A stretch of 64,000 nucleotides of DNA from an uncultured delta proteobacterium (lineage in GTDB: Bacteria > Desulfobacterota > Desulfobacteria > Desulfobacterales > JAHEIW01), in contig CAVPNL010000015.1 in the NCBI GenBank assembly GCA_963706575.1, positions 96,001 to 160,000 on the forward strand, given 5' to 3'. Positions 36,586 to 46,464 of the stretch are shown here, one piece after another. The notes below the pieces were generated by a model. It ran no database searches, was not told the origin of the DNA, and saw only the letters and a list, made by a program, of their open reading frames with translations. Position 1 is the first letter of the stretch, and each line of letters opens with the position of its first letter. The position numbers were made by a program, and so were the translations under genes.

Positions 36586-38478
36586 TTAATCTTGCTGTTT
36601 TGCCAGTTCACCCAGGCCCAAACGTTCCAGCGTCTCTCTGGTGGGGATTCCGTTATCATCCCAGCCCCTGGCCTTATAGTATTCATCCAGCAGAACATCG
36701 AGCTCGGCCTTTGTGAGGAAATAGCCCTCATTGGGGCCGCTGGGGATGGGTTCTTCGTAAAACCGGGCCGGAGGATAATCCAGACGGCGCCCGAAATTTT
36801 TGATTTCGCGGTTCGAAATGACACGCGTCAGATTCCATATCCGTTCGGAGACCGTCAGCAACTCCTGCCAGCTTTTCTTTTTGCCGGTGATCAGATGAAA
36901 GAGTTTCTCGTAATTTTCTTCCTCGAAACCCAGCTCCATGTACTGCAGCCGGCAAATGCCAAGGGCATCAAACAGCGGGCGAGTGTGCTGACTGTCGATC
37001 ACATATTGGGCGCATTCCGGCTTCACCACCGCTTTGGGCATTTTTTCCGAATCGCTGCCGCTGCTGATCAGTTCAGAAACACTGGTCCAGGCGCCGGTAA
37101 CATCGTAACCCAGCACCCATGCGCGGTTGTGGTGGGCGCCGATATCCGCCGTCATATAGGCCAGCATCATCGAAGGCGCGTTGCGGGTTTCATAGCCGGT
37201 CCATTCGAGGCCCTTGACATGAATGGCAAAGGCTTCGGAGCCCTTTCCAATCTTTCCCGAGGCCGCCTTGACGCCCTCGGCCAGCAGATCGCCGATTCCT
37301 TCGCGGCGGGCGATTTGATTGAGCAAAAATTCAACTGTACCCGGATCAGAAAACTGAATCTCGCGACCCACCTCTGAAGCGTTCAGGATTCCCTTTTCAA
37401 AACATTCGATGGCCCAGGAGATGACGGCGCCGGCCGAAATCGTATCGATGCCAAGTTCATCACACACATAATTTGCATAGGCCACTTCCGATATGGACTG
37501 CAGCAGGCAATTGCCCCCAAAAAGGGCGATGGTCTCATATTCCGGCCCCTCCACGTATGCGTTGCCCAGATCGGTCTTGGTATGGCCGTACTTGCCACAC
37601 GGCGTGGGGCAGCAAAAACAGCCCTTATCCGTTATTTTCAGCTGGTCGAGAATGGCTTTGCCATTGATCGATTTGTGGTGCTCGGCATAGGAGGTTTGAA
37701 AATTCCGGGTGGGAAAAACACCGACCGCGTTGGTCCAGTCGGTGATGCCGGCCGTCCCTTCGGGCGTCCACTCCTTAAATCCGGTTTTTGCAAATACCTT
37801 CTGATAGGCCTCCTTACCGGCAGCATAAGCCCGCTCCATATCAAAAACCGGCAGGCTGCCGGTGCCTTTGACGGCAATGGCTTTAATATTTTTGGACCCC
37901 AGCACGGCACCGACGCCGGTACGGCCGGCCTGGCGTCCGAAATCGTGGGAAATACAGGCAAACCGCACCCGGTTTTCTCCAGCCGGACCGATGGTCAGAA
38001 TTTGGAAATCTTCAGACAGGTCCTTTTTGAGCTGGGCTTCACACGATAAGGCACCCATTCCCCAATAGTTTTCGGCCGGGCGAATCTCCACCTGCTCATC
38101 ATCGATAAACAGATAGCTTGGCGTTGCGGCACTGCCCGTCAGCACCATCACATCATATCCGGCATATTTTAACGCCGGGCCGAAATGGCCGCCCATGTTG
38201 CTGTCCGCATACCCGCCGGTGGCCGGTGATTTGGTGCCGAAATGGGTTTTGCCGCTGGCCGGCAGAAAGTAGCCCGAAAGGGGGCCGGTCGCCGCCAGAA
38301 ACATATTTTCAGGGCTAAGGGGGTCGGTATTCGGCGGCAACTCGTCATAAAGTAATTTCGCCACGAAACCCCTGCCGCCGATATATTTATCGACCAGTTC
38401 ATCCGGCAGAGGCGTTTTGCTAACCTCACCGGAACTTAAATCTACTCTTAAAATTGATCCTGCATACCCGTCAATCAT
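36586..38478 (-). CDS. aor: Aldehyde ferredoxin oxidoreductase family 3
   Basis: GYAGSILRVDL, KSPATG, QAGRTGVG, CFCCPTPC, EGPEYET; YETR and DIGAHH replace YDPR and RGACH. Confidence 0.93.
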   Translation of the reverse strand: MIDGYAGSILRVDLSSGEVSKTPLPDELVDKYIGGRGFVAKLLYDELPPNTDPLSPENMFLAATGPLSGYFLPASGKTHFGTKSPATGGYADSNMGGHFGPALKYAGYDVMVLTGSAATPSYLFIDDEQVEIRPAENYWGMGALSCEAQLKKDLSEDFQILTIGPAGENRVRFACISHDFGRQAGRTGVGAVLGSKNIKAIAVKGTGSLPVFDMERAYAAGKEAYQKVFAKTGFKEWTPEGTAGITDWTNAVGVFPTRNFQTSYAEHHKSINGKAILDQLKITDKGCFCCPTPCGKYGHTKTDLGNAYVEGPEYETIALFGGNCLLQSISEVAYANYVCDELGIDTISAGAVISWAIECFEKGILNASEVGREIQFSDPGTVEFLLNQIARREGIGDLLAEGVKAASGKIGKGSEAFAIHVKGLEWTGYETRNAPSMMLAYMTADIGAHHNRAWVLGYDVTGAWTSVSELISSGSDSEKMPKAVVKPECAQYVIDSQHTRPLFDALGICRLQYMELGFEEENYEKLFHLITGKKKSWQELLTVSERIWNLTRVISNREIKNFGRRLDYPPARFYEEPIPSGPNEGYFLTKAELDVLLDEYYKARGWDDNGIPTRETLERLGLGELAKQQD

Positions 38479-38518
38479 ATGGAACGCTCCTCCCCTAATT
38501 CGTAAATCCAATTGGGCG

Positions 38519-38944
38519 TCATGGGTTTTGGGTCATACCGCGCTGGATCTGGCCATCGACGACCAGTTGCAAAGCCTCACGGGGACAGATCTCGGCACAC
38601 TCTCCGCAAAGGGTGCATTTGATGGGAACATCCATCTGCCGGTGCTCAAATAAAACATCATGCGGGCATTCCTCGACGCATTGCATGCAGCCCGTACATT
38701 CCTCCGGATCAATAATAAAGGCGCTGTCCTTCATTTCGATGGCCTCCACCGGACAGACTTCGGCACATATCCCGCACTGATCACACAAATGAATCCGATA
38801 GTCACCCGGCGCGGGGAACCGCCCCTCTATCCGCAGGGCCGCCTTGGCAGGATTCACCTCGCGAAAATTCTCCAGGGCGCAAACCACCCGGCACACCCCG
38901 CAGCCGGAACAGTTTTCATGAATTGCTTTAAGCTCCATTGTCAT
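38519..38944 (-). CDS. 4Fe-4S dicluster protein
   Basis: CSGCGVCRVVC, CDQCGICAEVCP, CTGCMQCVEECP, KCTLCGECAEICP. Confidence 0.9.
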   Translation of the reverse strand: MTMELKAIHENCSGCGVCRVVCALENFREVNPAKAALRIEGRFPAPGDYRIHLCDQCGICAEVCPVEAIEMKDSAFIIDPEECTGCMQCVEECPHDVLFEHRQMDVPIKCTLCGECAEICPREALQLVVDGQIQRGMTQNP

Positions 38945-38984
38945 TCTAAACTCCTTTGCTTTTCCTAGTGTTGTATCGGCGCTT

Positions 38985-39692
38985 TTAATCTTGGGTATCG
39001 ACCACGCGCTGGAGCTCAATTCCCACCAGATCCAGGTGCGCTTTCATGCAGTGTGAAGCTTTTTCAGCCTCACCGTCTTCAATGCAGGCAACAATTTGCC
39101 TGGCGGTTAAAATCGCCTGTTCCGGCGGGCATAACCGATCCGGCATAAATTTCTCGTAGGATTCATGCGATTTTTCAATGATCTGCTTCATCGTTTCACA
39201 GATCATTTCATTGTGGGTGGCTTCCGCAATGGCCACGTGAAAATCGAAATCCGGATCATAAAATTTTTTGATGTCCGCTTTGCAGGCCTGCATGCGTTCA
39301 AGCGCTTCATGTATGCGCCGGATGTCCTTCGAACTGGCCCGCTCGGCCGCCAGTTTGACCGCATTGCACTCAAGGATTTCTCTGAGCTCCATTAACTCAA
39401 TGATTTGTTCGGCTGCCAATGCGTGCTGGAGATTCGATAGCGTCAAGTCATTCACCGGAAGGTTTTTTCGGATAAACGTCCCTTTTCCCTGAGAAGACTC
39501 TAAATAGCCCGAAAGAACCAGTGCCCTGATGGCCTCCCGGATGGACGAGCGCCCGACACCGAACATTTGCGACATATCGCGCTCCGTCGGCAGTTTGTTT
39601 CCCGGCTTTAATTCTCCGGATTTGATATGCTGAATAATTTCATTGATGATGATTTCAGGGGTTGAGCTTTTCTGGATGGTTTTAAATTGCAT
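38985..39692 (-). CDS. GntR/FadR family regulator
   Basis: LPTERDMSQMFGVGRSSIREA, DFDFHVAIAEATHN. Confidence 0.92.
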   Translation of the reverse strand: MQFKTIQKSSTPEIIINEIIQHIKSGELKPGNKLPTERDMSQMFGVGRSSIREAIRALVLSGYLESSQGKGTFIRKNLPVNDLTLSNLQHALAAEQIIELMELREILECNAVKLAAERASSKDIRRIHEALERMQACKADIKKFYDPDFDFHVAIAEATHNEMICETMKQIIEKSHESYEKFMPDRLCPPEQAILTARQIVACIEDGEAEKASHCMKAHLDLVGIELQRVVDTQD

Positions 39693-39785
39693 CAATTGTG
39701 ATATCTCCCGGTTTGCTATTTCTTTATGTTTGATGAATTGACCTTCTTAATGTTGTCTTGCAGTGCAGCAAAATCACAGCAACAA

Positions 39786-40682
39786 TTAGGCCTGGGATTC
39801 CTTGCCAACACATAGCTCCTCGCGGGTAAAACGGATGCTATCGACCACGGCCTGGTACTCCCGACGGCGGGCTTCTTCGCAGTCGTCGCCGGCGGGATCG
39901 AACTCAACTTCGATATTGAGGCGTTTCATATTCGGATTGGCCCGAATGATCTCATAGGCCTGCCGCATGGGGACGTCTCCCGTTCCGGTGGCGACGCCGA
40001 CAATCCGGCAGCCGTACTGGTCAAAAACAATGCGATGATCGGAAAAATGATTGGTGTAAGATACGGGTGCCAGCTTGCGAATCGCCGTCAGCGGGTCTTC
40101 GCCCACCATGAGAGAGTTGTTGGTGTCAACACAACCGCCGACGTAAGGGTGGTTAACCCGGTTGATAATCCAGAACACTTCGTCACTGAAGGCCTCGGTA
40201 TGATTCTCGAGACATATCCGCACCCCCGCATTTTGCGCAACAGGGGCAGCGGCTTCGGCTTTGCGGGCAATCTCTTCCAGTTGCGGAATCACCGCCGGAT
40301 GAAAGGCCGAGCCGCACACCGGGTGCGGCCGGTCGATATCCATGCTGATTTTTCCGATATCCGAACCGATTTTTTCAGCGATGGCGACGCCCTCTTCCAT
40401 GGTATTCGTCAGGCGGTCATCGTATTCGGATGCGTCAAGAGAAAAATTGTATTCCAGGAATAATTCCCTTTCTTCGGCGGCCCGACGCACGTCGCGCAGG
40501 TGCGCATCATCGGTTGAGCCCAGATCGGCCGCCGTCAAATGCAGGCCGTCGAGCCCCAGTTTTTTGGCCTCGTCCATCAAACCGAAGATGTCCCAGACCG
40601 GCTCCCAGGCAAGTTTGTAACCGCCCCAGTTCTGCCCCATGCCGTGTAAATGCAAACTATACGTATGCAATCCTAATAACAT
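39786..40682 (-). CDS. Sugar phosphate isomerase/epimerase family TIM-barrel protein
   Basis: LENHTE, CVDTNN, NHFSD, GTGDVP, NIEVE. Confidence 0.85.
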   Translation of the reverse strand: MLLGLHTYSLHLHGMGQNWGGYKLAWEPVWDIFGLMDEAKKLGLDGLHLTAADLGSTDDAHLRDVRRAAEERELFLEYNFSLDASEYDDRLTNTMEEGVAIAEKIGSDIGKISMDIDRPHPVCGSAFHPAVIPQLEEIARKAEAAAPVAQNAGVRICLENHTEAFSDEVFWIINRVNHPYVGGCVDTNNSLMVGEDPLTAIRKLAPVSYTNHFSDHRIVFDQYGCRIVGVATGTGDVPMRQAYEIIRANPNMKRLNIEVEFDPAGDDCEEARRREYQAVVDSIRFTREELCVGKESQA

Positions 40683-40763
40683 CGCCTACCCTCCTCTCCG
40701 AAAATTGAATTTTTCAATACCCACGGAGTGTTACAAAAAGCACAAAAAAAATTTGAATGACCC

Positions 40764-40963
40764 AGAAGCTATCTCAAAAATAGTAGATCACGTTCAAGGG
40801 CAAGGCGTCGATTCGGTTTTTAAGCGGAGCGTACAACGGAGTACGTGAGCATTATAAACCGAATTGATGAACTCCCTAATATTCATAAAAATAGAAGTGA
40901 AATCCCGCTTTCGCGGGGCAACGCAGCCATTGAGCGTGAGATGCTGTTTTTGTGATAGCTTCT
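40764..40963 (+). repeat. Hairpin repeat with gagcgtac-N-gtacgtgag core
   Basis: TIRs agaagctatctcaaaaatag / ctgtttttgtgatagcttct (18/20); abuts the stop codon of 40962-42164. Confidence 0.75.
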
Positions 40964-42164
40964 AGTGACTCATGAGCGTCTTGCCCTTCTTCCCCAGGCC
41001 TTCTTTGTATCGCGTCGGTCTCAATGGATTGTCTTTAGGATCCATTGCGCCGGTCACCAGGTCACTGACCCATTTGCCCGCCTGGGGAGAGAGCATCACA
41101 CCGGCCCAGTAGCCGCAGTTGACATAAAAGCCGGGGACTTCGGGAACCTGGCCGATCAGCGGCTGGTCATCGGGCGTGTACATATAATATCCGGCCGAGG
41201 TGTCCATGTCGGGTTGCCTGACGGTCTTTTCAATTTCTTCGAAAAACGGCGTTAGACGCTTGACTTTGTCCAGGGTTAGGGCCGGAAACTCCCAGTCCGT
41301 CGGGACTCTCTCCGTCGGTTTACTGACCGGTTCATCCGCGTCCACCCAGCCGATAATCACACCGCCCGCTTCGGGGCGCCAGTAGCAATTGTTATTGACA
41401 TCAACTGTAAATGGCGCATCGGAAGGAATCGCCACCGAAGTTCTGACATAAACTTTTTGTCGGCGAACCGGCTCCAGCGGCAAATCCACTCCGGCCATTC
41501 GCCCGACCTCACCGGCAAACGGGCCGGCGGCATTTATCACGTTGCGGGTCTGCAGGATACCCCGATCGGTTTCCACGCCGCAGACCCCTTTTGCATCCGT
41601 TTGAATCCCGCTCGCCTTGGTGTTCAAAAAGAATCTGGCACTACTGCCTTTGGCAAATCCCTGGGTCGTTTCATGGCAGGACAGCCATCCATCCCGCTGC
41701 CGGAAAGTTGCGGCCAAAACCGAGGATGAGACAAACGGAAAGCGCTTGAGGATCTCTTCACCTTCTAAAAATTGTGAATCGGTAACCCCGAGGCTGTGTT
41801 GCTGGGTAATATTTTCTTTGAGATCATCCACGGTCTCCGGGTTATCGGTAAGAAAGAGATATCCCTGCTGCTTGATAGAAATGTTGTAGCCCGCTATCCC
41901 AATTACTTCGTCAAAATGCTCAAACATCTCGATGCTGGGTATGGCCAAAGACGCCATGGCCGGCTCCGTAAATTGCGCCCGAAAACATTCCGCTGAAGCA
42001 GGTGTGGTCAATGTTGACAGGCCATCCCGCATCTCGACTAAAACGACGTCCAATCCGGCCCTGGATAACCAGAAAGCCGTGGCCGTGCCCACAATGCCTC
42101 CGCCGATCACGACCGCATCGGTCTGGCCAAAATCGCTGTCAGTCGGTGTAAAAATCTTTCCCAT
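40962..42164 (-). CDS. FAD-dependent oxidoreductase (DAO / sarcosine oxidase beta-like)
   Basis: VVIGGGIVG, VINAAGPFA, YMYTPDDQPLIG, GVMLSPQAG. Confidence 0.9.
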   Translation of the reverse strand: MGKIFTPTDSDFGQTDAVVIGGGIVGTATAFWLSRAGLDVVLVEMRDGLSTLTTPASAECFRAQFTEPAMASLAIPSIEMFEHFDEVIGIAGYNISIKQQGYLFLTDNPETVDDLKENITQQHSLGVTDSQFLEGEEILKRFPFVSSSVLAATFRQRDGWLSCHETTQGFAKGSSARFFLNTKASGIQTDAKGVCGVETDRGILQTRNVINAAGPFAGEVGRMAGVDLPLEPVRRQKVYVRTSVAIPSDAPFTVDVNNNCYWRPEAGGVIIGWVDADEPVSKPTERVPTDWEFPALTLDKVKRLTPFFEEIEKTVRQPDMDTSAGYYMYTPDDQPLIGQVPEVPGFYVNCGYWAGVMLSPQAGKWVSDLVTGAMDPKDNPLRPTRYKEGLGKKGKTLMSH

Positions 42165-42206
42165 TTCCGCAACCCTCCTTTTATTGAAAATGCCGAATCA
42201 ATAGCA

Positions 42207-42259
42207 TCTATAACTGCATATAATTGGTATGTCAATATGTTTTTCAGATGGTCTGACCA
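42207..42259 (-). promoter_or_regulatory. Sigma70 promoter and FadR-type operator
   Basis: Minus strand TTGACA (42230-42235)-17 nt-TATAGA; palindrome TGGTCTGACCA at 42249-42259 matches the FadR-subfamily consensus. Confidence 0.7.
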
Positions 42260-42567
42260 ATTTTTAGGTTTTTTTTAGATCGGCTTCTTTTCGATAAAAT
42301 CAAACAGTGAATCTAATTAATACTTTTAATAATTATTCAGGTAGGTTGTCGGATATTAAGAAAATTAGGCCAACTGTAAAGCATATGGAGATGCAAAGAC
42401 TGGTCAGCATGATGGGGGAAAACCAATTTTGGCGGTTTTAAAGGCTCGCCTATTGAGCTGGCTGGAAAACGAGTTGTGTAAAATCCGAGATGTGAAATAT
42501 TCCATTATGGACCGGACTCAGAGACTCGCAGTGAATCGAATCAGGTTGATCTCGTTGAAACAGCCCT

Positions 42568-43776
42568 TTACTGCTTCTTTTTTTTCCTGACTTTCATTGT
42601 TCGCTTCATCAGCCAGATCAACGGTTTGGTTAAAAAGCCCTCCATATCCTCCTGCACGTCATTGAGCAAATCCGGTATGGGAAGATGCTGGGGGCATTTT
42701 TCCAGACATTCTTCGCATTGCACACACATGGAAGCCAGTGATGGCTCGTCTGTAACAATTCCGCCGTTAAAAAAAACATACATTAATTTCGCTGCCTTAT
42801 CCTTGAAAGTATGCCTGGAATTGTAAAATTCAAAACAGCTTGGAATATTCACCCCTGCCGGGCAAGGCATGCAATACTGGCATCCAGTGCATCCGACCTT
42901 CATCACCCTTCTAAATTCAGCAGCCGCATCCTCGACCAATTTTATTTCTTTTTCAGAAAAAGAGTTTGGCAGGGCTTTTTCGGCCAGGGCCAGGTTTTCG
43001 TTTATGTGGTTATCGTTATTCATCCCCGATAGAACAACAGTGACCTCGGGATGATTCCAGATCCAGCCCAACGACCAACCGGCAGGCGTTTTCTTATGAT
43101 CGGCCTTTGCCCAGATATCTTTTACGGTTGATGGTGGGGTTTTGGCCAGATTCCCACCCCGCAATGGTTCCATGATGATCACCGCCATGTCTTTGGATGC
43201 CGCATATTGTAATCCGGCTGTCCCGGCCTGATTCTGGGTGTCCAGATAATTGTACTGAATCTGGCAAAACGTCCAGTCATAGTCATCCACGATGCCGTTA
43301 AATTCTTCCGCCAACCCGTGAAATGAAAACCCGGCATTGATGATCTTGCCCTTTTTCAACGCATCATCCAAAAACTCGATGACGCCGTTCCGCTTTGCCG
43401 TTTCCCAGAGTCCACCGCTCAGACCATGGATCAGATAATAATCGATGCGGTCGGTTTTCAGTTTTGACAGCTGCGCATCCAAAATATTGTCCATATCCTC
43501 TTTGGAATGGGTTCTCCAGTGGGGAAGCTTGGTGGCGATCTTTACCTTATCCCGACAATTATTTTCAGATAGGACTTTACCCAGAAACGGCTCGCTTTTA
43601 CCGTTATGATAGGGAACTGCCGTATCAAAATAATTTACGCCCCGATCCAACGCATAAATGATCTGCTTTTCGGCAAGTTTTTGATTAATGGATTGCATCC
43701 TCACCGGGAGCCGCATACATCCATATCCAAGTACGGATAGTTTATCCCCGTTTTTGGGCACTTCGCGATAAAGCAT
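42568..43776 (-). CDS. Aldo/keto reductase with C-terminal Fe-S domain
   Basis: LGYGCMRLP, NYFDTA, KIATKLP, IMEPLRGG, CTGCQYCMPCP, CVQCEECLEKCPQ. Confidence 0.92.
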   Translation of the reverse strand: MLYREVPKNGDKLSVLGYGCMRLPVRMQSINQKLAEKQIIYALDRGVNYFDTAVPYHNGKSEPFLGKVLSENNCRDKVKIATKLPHWRTHSKEDMDNILDAQLSKLKTDRIDYYLIHGLSGGLWETAKRNGVIEFLDDALKKGKIINAGFSFHGLAEEFNGIVDDYDWTFCQIQYNYLDTQNQAGTAGLQYAASKDMAVIIMEPLRGGNLAKTPPSTVKDIWAKADHKKTPAGWSLGWIWNHPEVTVVLSGMNNDNHINENLALAEKALPNSFSEKEIKLVEDAAAEFRRVMKVGCTGCQYCMPCPAGVNIPSCFEFYNSRHTFKDKAAKLMYVFFNGGIVTDEPSLASMCVQCEECLEKCPQHLPIPDLLNDVQEDMEGFLTKPLIWLMKRTMKVRKKKKQ

Positions 43777-43802
43777 CGTAATTCTCCTTTGCAATTTTAT
43801 GC

Positions 43803-44948
43803 CTAAATATCTCCGTCTATAACAGCAGTATTGATCACACCAATAGATAATTCCATCGGCTTTTCCCACCATCTTGCAGCGGGAATACTCACACCGTAAA
43901 CGGTGGTTTCACCCACAACAGGCGTTGCGATGTTGACATTTTTAAAATTCGCTGCGGCTGTTAACCGCACCATCGGTTCATACCAGGGATGCAGCGCAAG
44001 GTTAAACGTGGCCCAGTGAATCGGGTGCAAAACGTTTCCTTTTAGATCCAGGTGCGCCTGAACGGTTTGCTCGGGAAACATGTGCACCTTCGGCCACGAT
44101 TTGCCATACGCCCCGCATTCAACAAAGGTCATGTCGAATGGACCGTACCTGTAGCCGATCTGTTTAAAGCCTTCAAAGTAACCTGAATCTCCACTGAAAA
44201 ATAGTTTGTGCGATGGCGTTTTGATGACCCATGATGCCCACAGTGTTTTATTGCGGTCGGTGATACCGCGTCCCGAAAAATGCAGTGCCGGCGTTGCAGC
44301 TACCATCAAGTTTTGATCGAGCCGGTATTCTTGCCACCAGTCCAGCTCGACGATTTTATCCCGGGTTACCCCCCAGTCTATAAGCTGAGCACCGACCGCC
44401 AGCGGGACGATAAATTTATTTGACTTTTCAATTAACCGCTGCACGGAGAACTTATTGAGATGGTCGTAGTGATCGTGGGAAATAATGACAGCGTCTATTT
44501 TTGGAATCTGCCGGATGTCCAGAGGCACATCACCGTTAAAACGGGTCGGGCCAAATACGGATATGCGCTTTTCAAACACCGGGTCAATCAGAATTTTGTA
44601 CCCGTCAATATTGATCATTAGCGATGAATGACCCAGCCATGTGACGTTTAATTGATCGCTGCCCTGGTTGTTGAAGTGCGACAAATCCACCTGTTTGACC
44701 GGCAGCTCTGTGTCCGGTGTTCGATGATTTCTGGTGAAAAGAAAATCCCAGGTGGTCGAAACATAGTCTGTGAAGGACATATTCAGTGCATTTCCCATAT
44801 GGTTAAATTTTCCGTCTTTATATTGAGGCGAATCCTCTATTTTACCCGGCATGGAATAATCGGAACTACTCGCCACCGGGGTATCGGTGTTGATACACTG
44901 CAAAATGGCAATTCCTGTGATGATGCTAATGATAATTTTTAGTTTCAT
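43803..44948 (-). CDS. MBL-fold metallohydrolase (RomA/NAPE-PLD-like)
   Basis: TWLGHSS, ISHDHYDHL, HFSGR, FSGDSGY, PIHWATF. Confidence 0.9.
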   Translation of the reverse strand: MKLKIIISIITGIAILQCINTDTPVASSSDYSMPGKIEDSPQYKDGKFNHMGNALNMSFTDYVSTTWDFLFTRNHRTPDTELPVKQVDLSHFNNQGSDQLNVTWLGHSSLMINIDGYKILIDPVFEKRISVFGPTRFNGDVPLDIRQIPKIDAVIISHDHYDHLNKFSVQRLIEKSNKFIVPLAVGAQLIDWGVTRDKIVELDWWQEYRLDQNLMVAATPALHFSGRGITDRNKTLWASWVIKTPSHKLFFSGDSGYFEGFKQIGYRYGPFDMTFVECGAYGKSWPKVHMFPEQTVQAHLDLKGNVLHPIHWATFNLALHPWYEPMVRLTAAANFKNVNIATPVVGETTVYGVSIPAARWWEKPMELSIGVINTAVIDGDI

Positions 44949-44981
44949 GCGGTTTTAGATTTCCCATTTATTCAAAATTGT

Positions 44982-44999
44982 TAAATGAACGATCATTTA
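44982..44999. promoter_or_regulatory. TetR operator (copy 2)
   Basis: TAAATGA-ACGA-TCATTTA; related to 45599-45618. Confidence 0.65.
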
Positions 45000-45016
45000 T
45001 AAATAAGGTAAATTTT

Positions 45017-45589
45017 TTATAACTTTATCGCATCCCAGGCTAACATGAATGCTGTTTCAATGTTTTCCGCGTTCAGTTCAAAATCCTGGCATAAACTTGG
45101 ATTGGCAAGAGCCGTTATGGGATAATACATGAAGGCCGTGAGAATATCAAAATTTACATTTTTAATGATCTTTTGTTCTATTCCTGTTTGCAGCACCTTG
45201 ATCAAGGGTTCATAATATTGTTCCACTTCTTGTCTATTCACTAAAGAACTGTAAGGCGAACTGGAAAATTGTTCGACAAATTTATAATATTCCAGGTTGT
45301 TAGAGATATATTCAAACATATTAAACCATACATTTCTGAATATATCCCTGATTGGCAGCTTGTCGTTAAAATCCTTAAGCAGGGCTTTGCTTAGATTCAG
45401 TTTTATTTCGATGTAGGTTGAAACTAAAAGGTCCTCTTTGTTTTTGTAATAAACATATATTGTGGCTGGAGATACACCGGCCTCCCTGGCAATTTTGGAC
45501 ACTGAACTGGAGGCGAATCCGGTTTCATTGACCAGCTTAACCGTGGCCTCAAATAGGGCTGCTTCTTTTGCATCATCCTTGGTTCTCAT
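45017..45589 (-). CDS. TetR/AcrR family regulator
   Basis: SVSKIAREAGVSPATIYVYYKNKEDL. Confidence 0.93.
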   Translation of the reverse strand: MRTKDDAKEAALFEATVKLVNETGFASSSVSKIAREAGVSPATIYVYYKNKEDLLVSTYIEIKLNLSKALLKDFNDKLPIRDIFRNVWFNMFEYISNNLEYYKFVEQFSSSPYSSLVNRQEVEQYYEPLIKVLQTGIEQKIIKNVNFDILTAFMYYPITALANPSLCQDFELNAENIETAFMLAWDAIKL

Positions 45590-45595
45590 GGTTCT

Positions 45596-45624
45596 AAAAT
45601 AAACGATCATTCATTTATTGTCAA
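45596..45624 (-). promoter_or_regulatory. Sigma70 promoter for tetR with an operator in the spacer
   Basis: TTGACA-ataaatgaatgatcgtt(17)-TATTTT-6 nt-ATG. Confidence 0.7.
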
Positions 45625-45684
45625 GCAAATTCTCTTTTTTTGAATAATAATCCGTCTCATGTTCAGTAAATTTTTAAAAAAATT

Positions 45685-45722
45685 AAGCCCCAGATCTTTA
45701 CATAGATCAGGGGCTTTTTTTC
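45685..45722. terminator. Intrinsic terminator downstream of ssb
   Basis: aagccccagatc...gatcaggggctt stem flanked by A/T tracts. Confidence 0.65.
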
Positions 45723-45802
45723 AACCTATATAGTTTTATAATTCTGTATGTTACAATCTTTTCGGGCTATCCGAATCTTTACAAAACCTGCCGGGGTTCG
45801 CT

Positions 45803-46231
45803 TCAGAACGGAATATCATCATCCTCGGGAGCCTGCATGGGCGAACCGGGTCCCGCTCCGACGTCCGGGCCACTCGGTTTATAAGCGTCTCCGGAATCCC
45901 TCGATCCCAGCATGATCATCTGAGAGGCAACGATCTCGGTGGTATATCTTTTAACACCGTCCTTGTCTTCCCAGTCCCGGGTCTGTATTCGGCCCTCGAT
46001 GTAAATCTGCTTGCCTTTGGCAAGGTATTCGCCGCAGATTTCGCCCAATTTGCCGAAGGCGACAATCCGGTGCCATTCCGTGCGGGTTTCTTTTTCGCCC
46101 TCCTTGTTGGTCCATGTCTCCGAGGTGGCAATGCTGAAATTGGCAACCGCCAGGCCGCTAGGTGTGTATCGCACCTCCGGGTCCCGGCCTAAATTTCCGA
46201 TCAGAATGGCTTTATTCAAACCGTTGGCCAT
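45803..46231 (-). CDS. ssb: Single-stranded DNA-binding protein
   Basis: [22 protein letters not shown]-terminal DDIPF. Confidence 0.97.
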   Translation of the reverse strand: MANGLNKAILIGNLGRDPEVRYTPSGLAVANFSIATSETWTNKEGEKETRTEWHRIVAFGKLGEICGEYLAKGKQIYIEGRIQTRDWEDKDGVKRYTTEIVASQMIMLGSRDSGDAYKPSGPDVGAGPGSPMQAPEDDDIPF

Positions 46232-46464
46232 TTTTTCCTCCCCCCTGTTGAAGTTAAAATGAATGATCTTTAGTACAAAAAAGGCAGTCCAATGTCAATC
46301 CAACCTTTTTAAAACCAAGGTGTTTTTTATCGCGAACGGAATATGGCCATTGGCAATATCTATTGCATGCCAGGGGCGAATGTGATTTTAATTCGAACCG
46401 GCACAACAATTTTGGGCGGTACCAAACCATATGAACGATCTAACCGCTGCCAGGCGAATAAATC

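Noticed and set aside
38495..38521. TGA followed by 7 codons and TAG at the end of the 4Fe-4S gene, as possible selenocysteine
   Set aside because: Not at a Cys-motif position and no SECIS-like hairpin evident
46350..46367. Possible sigma54 promoter TGGCAATATCTATTGC
   Set aside because: GG-to-GC spacing is 11 nt rather than the required 10
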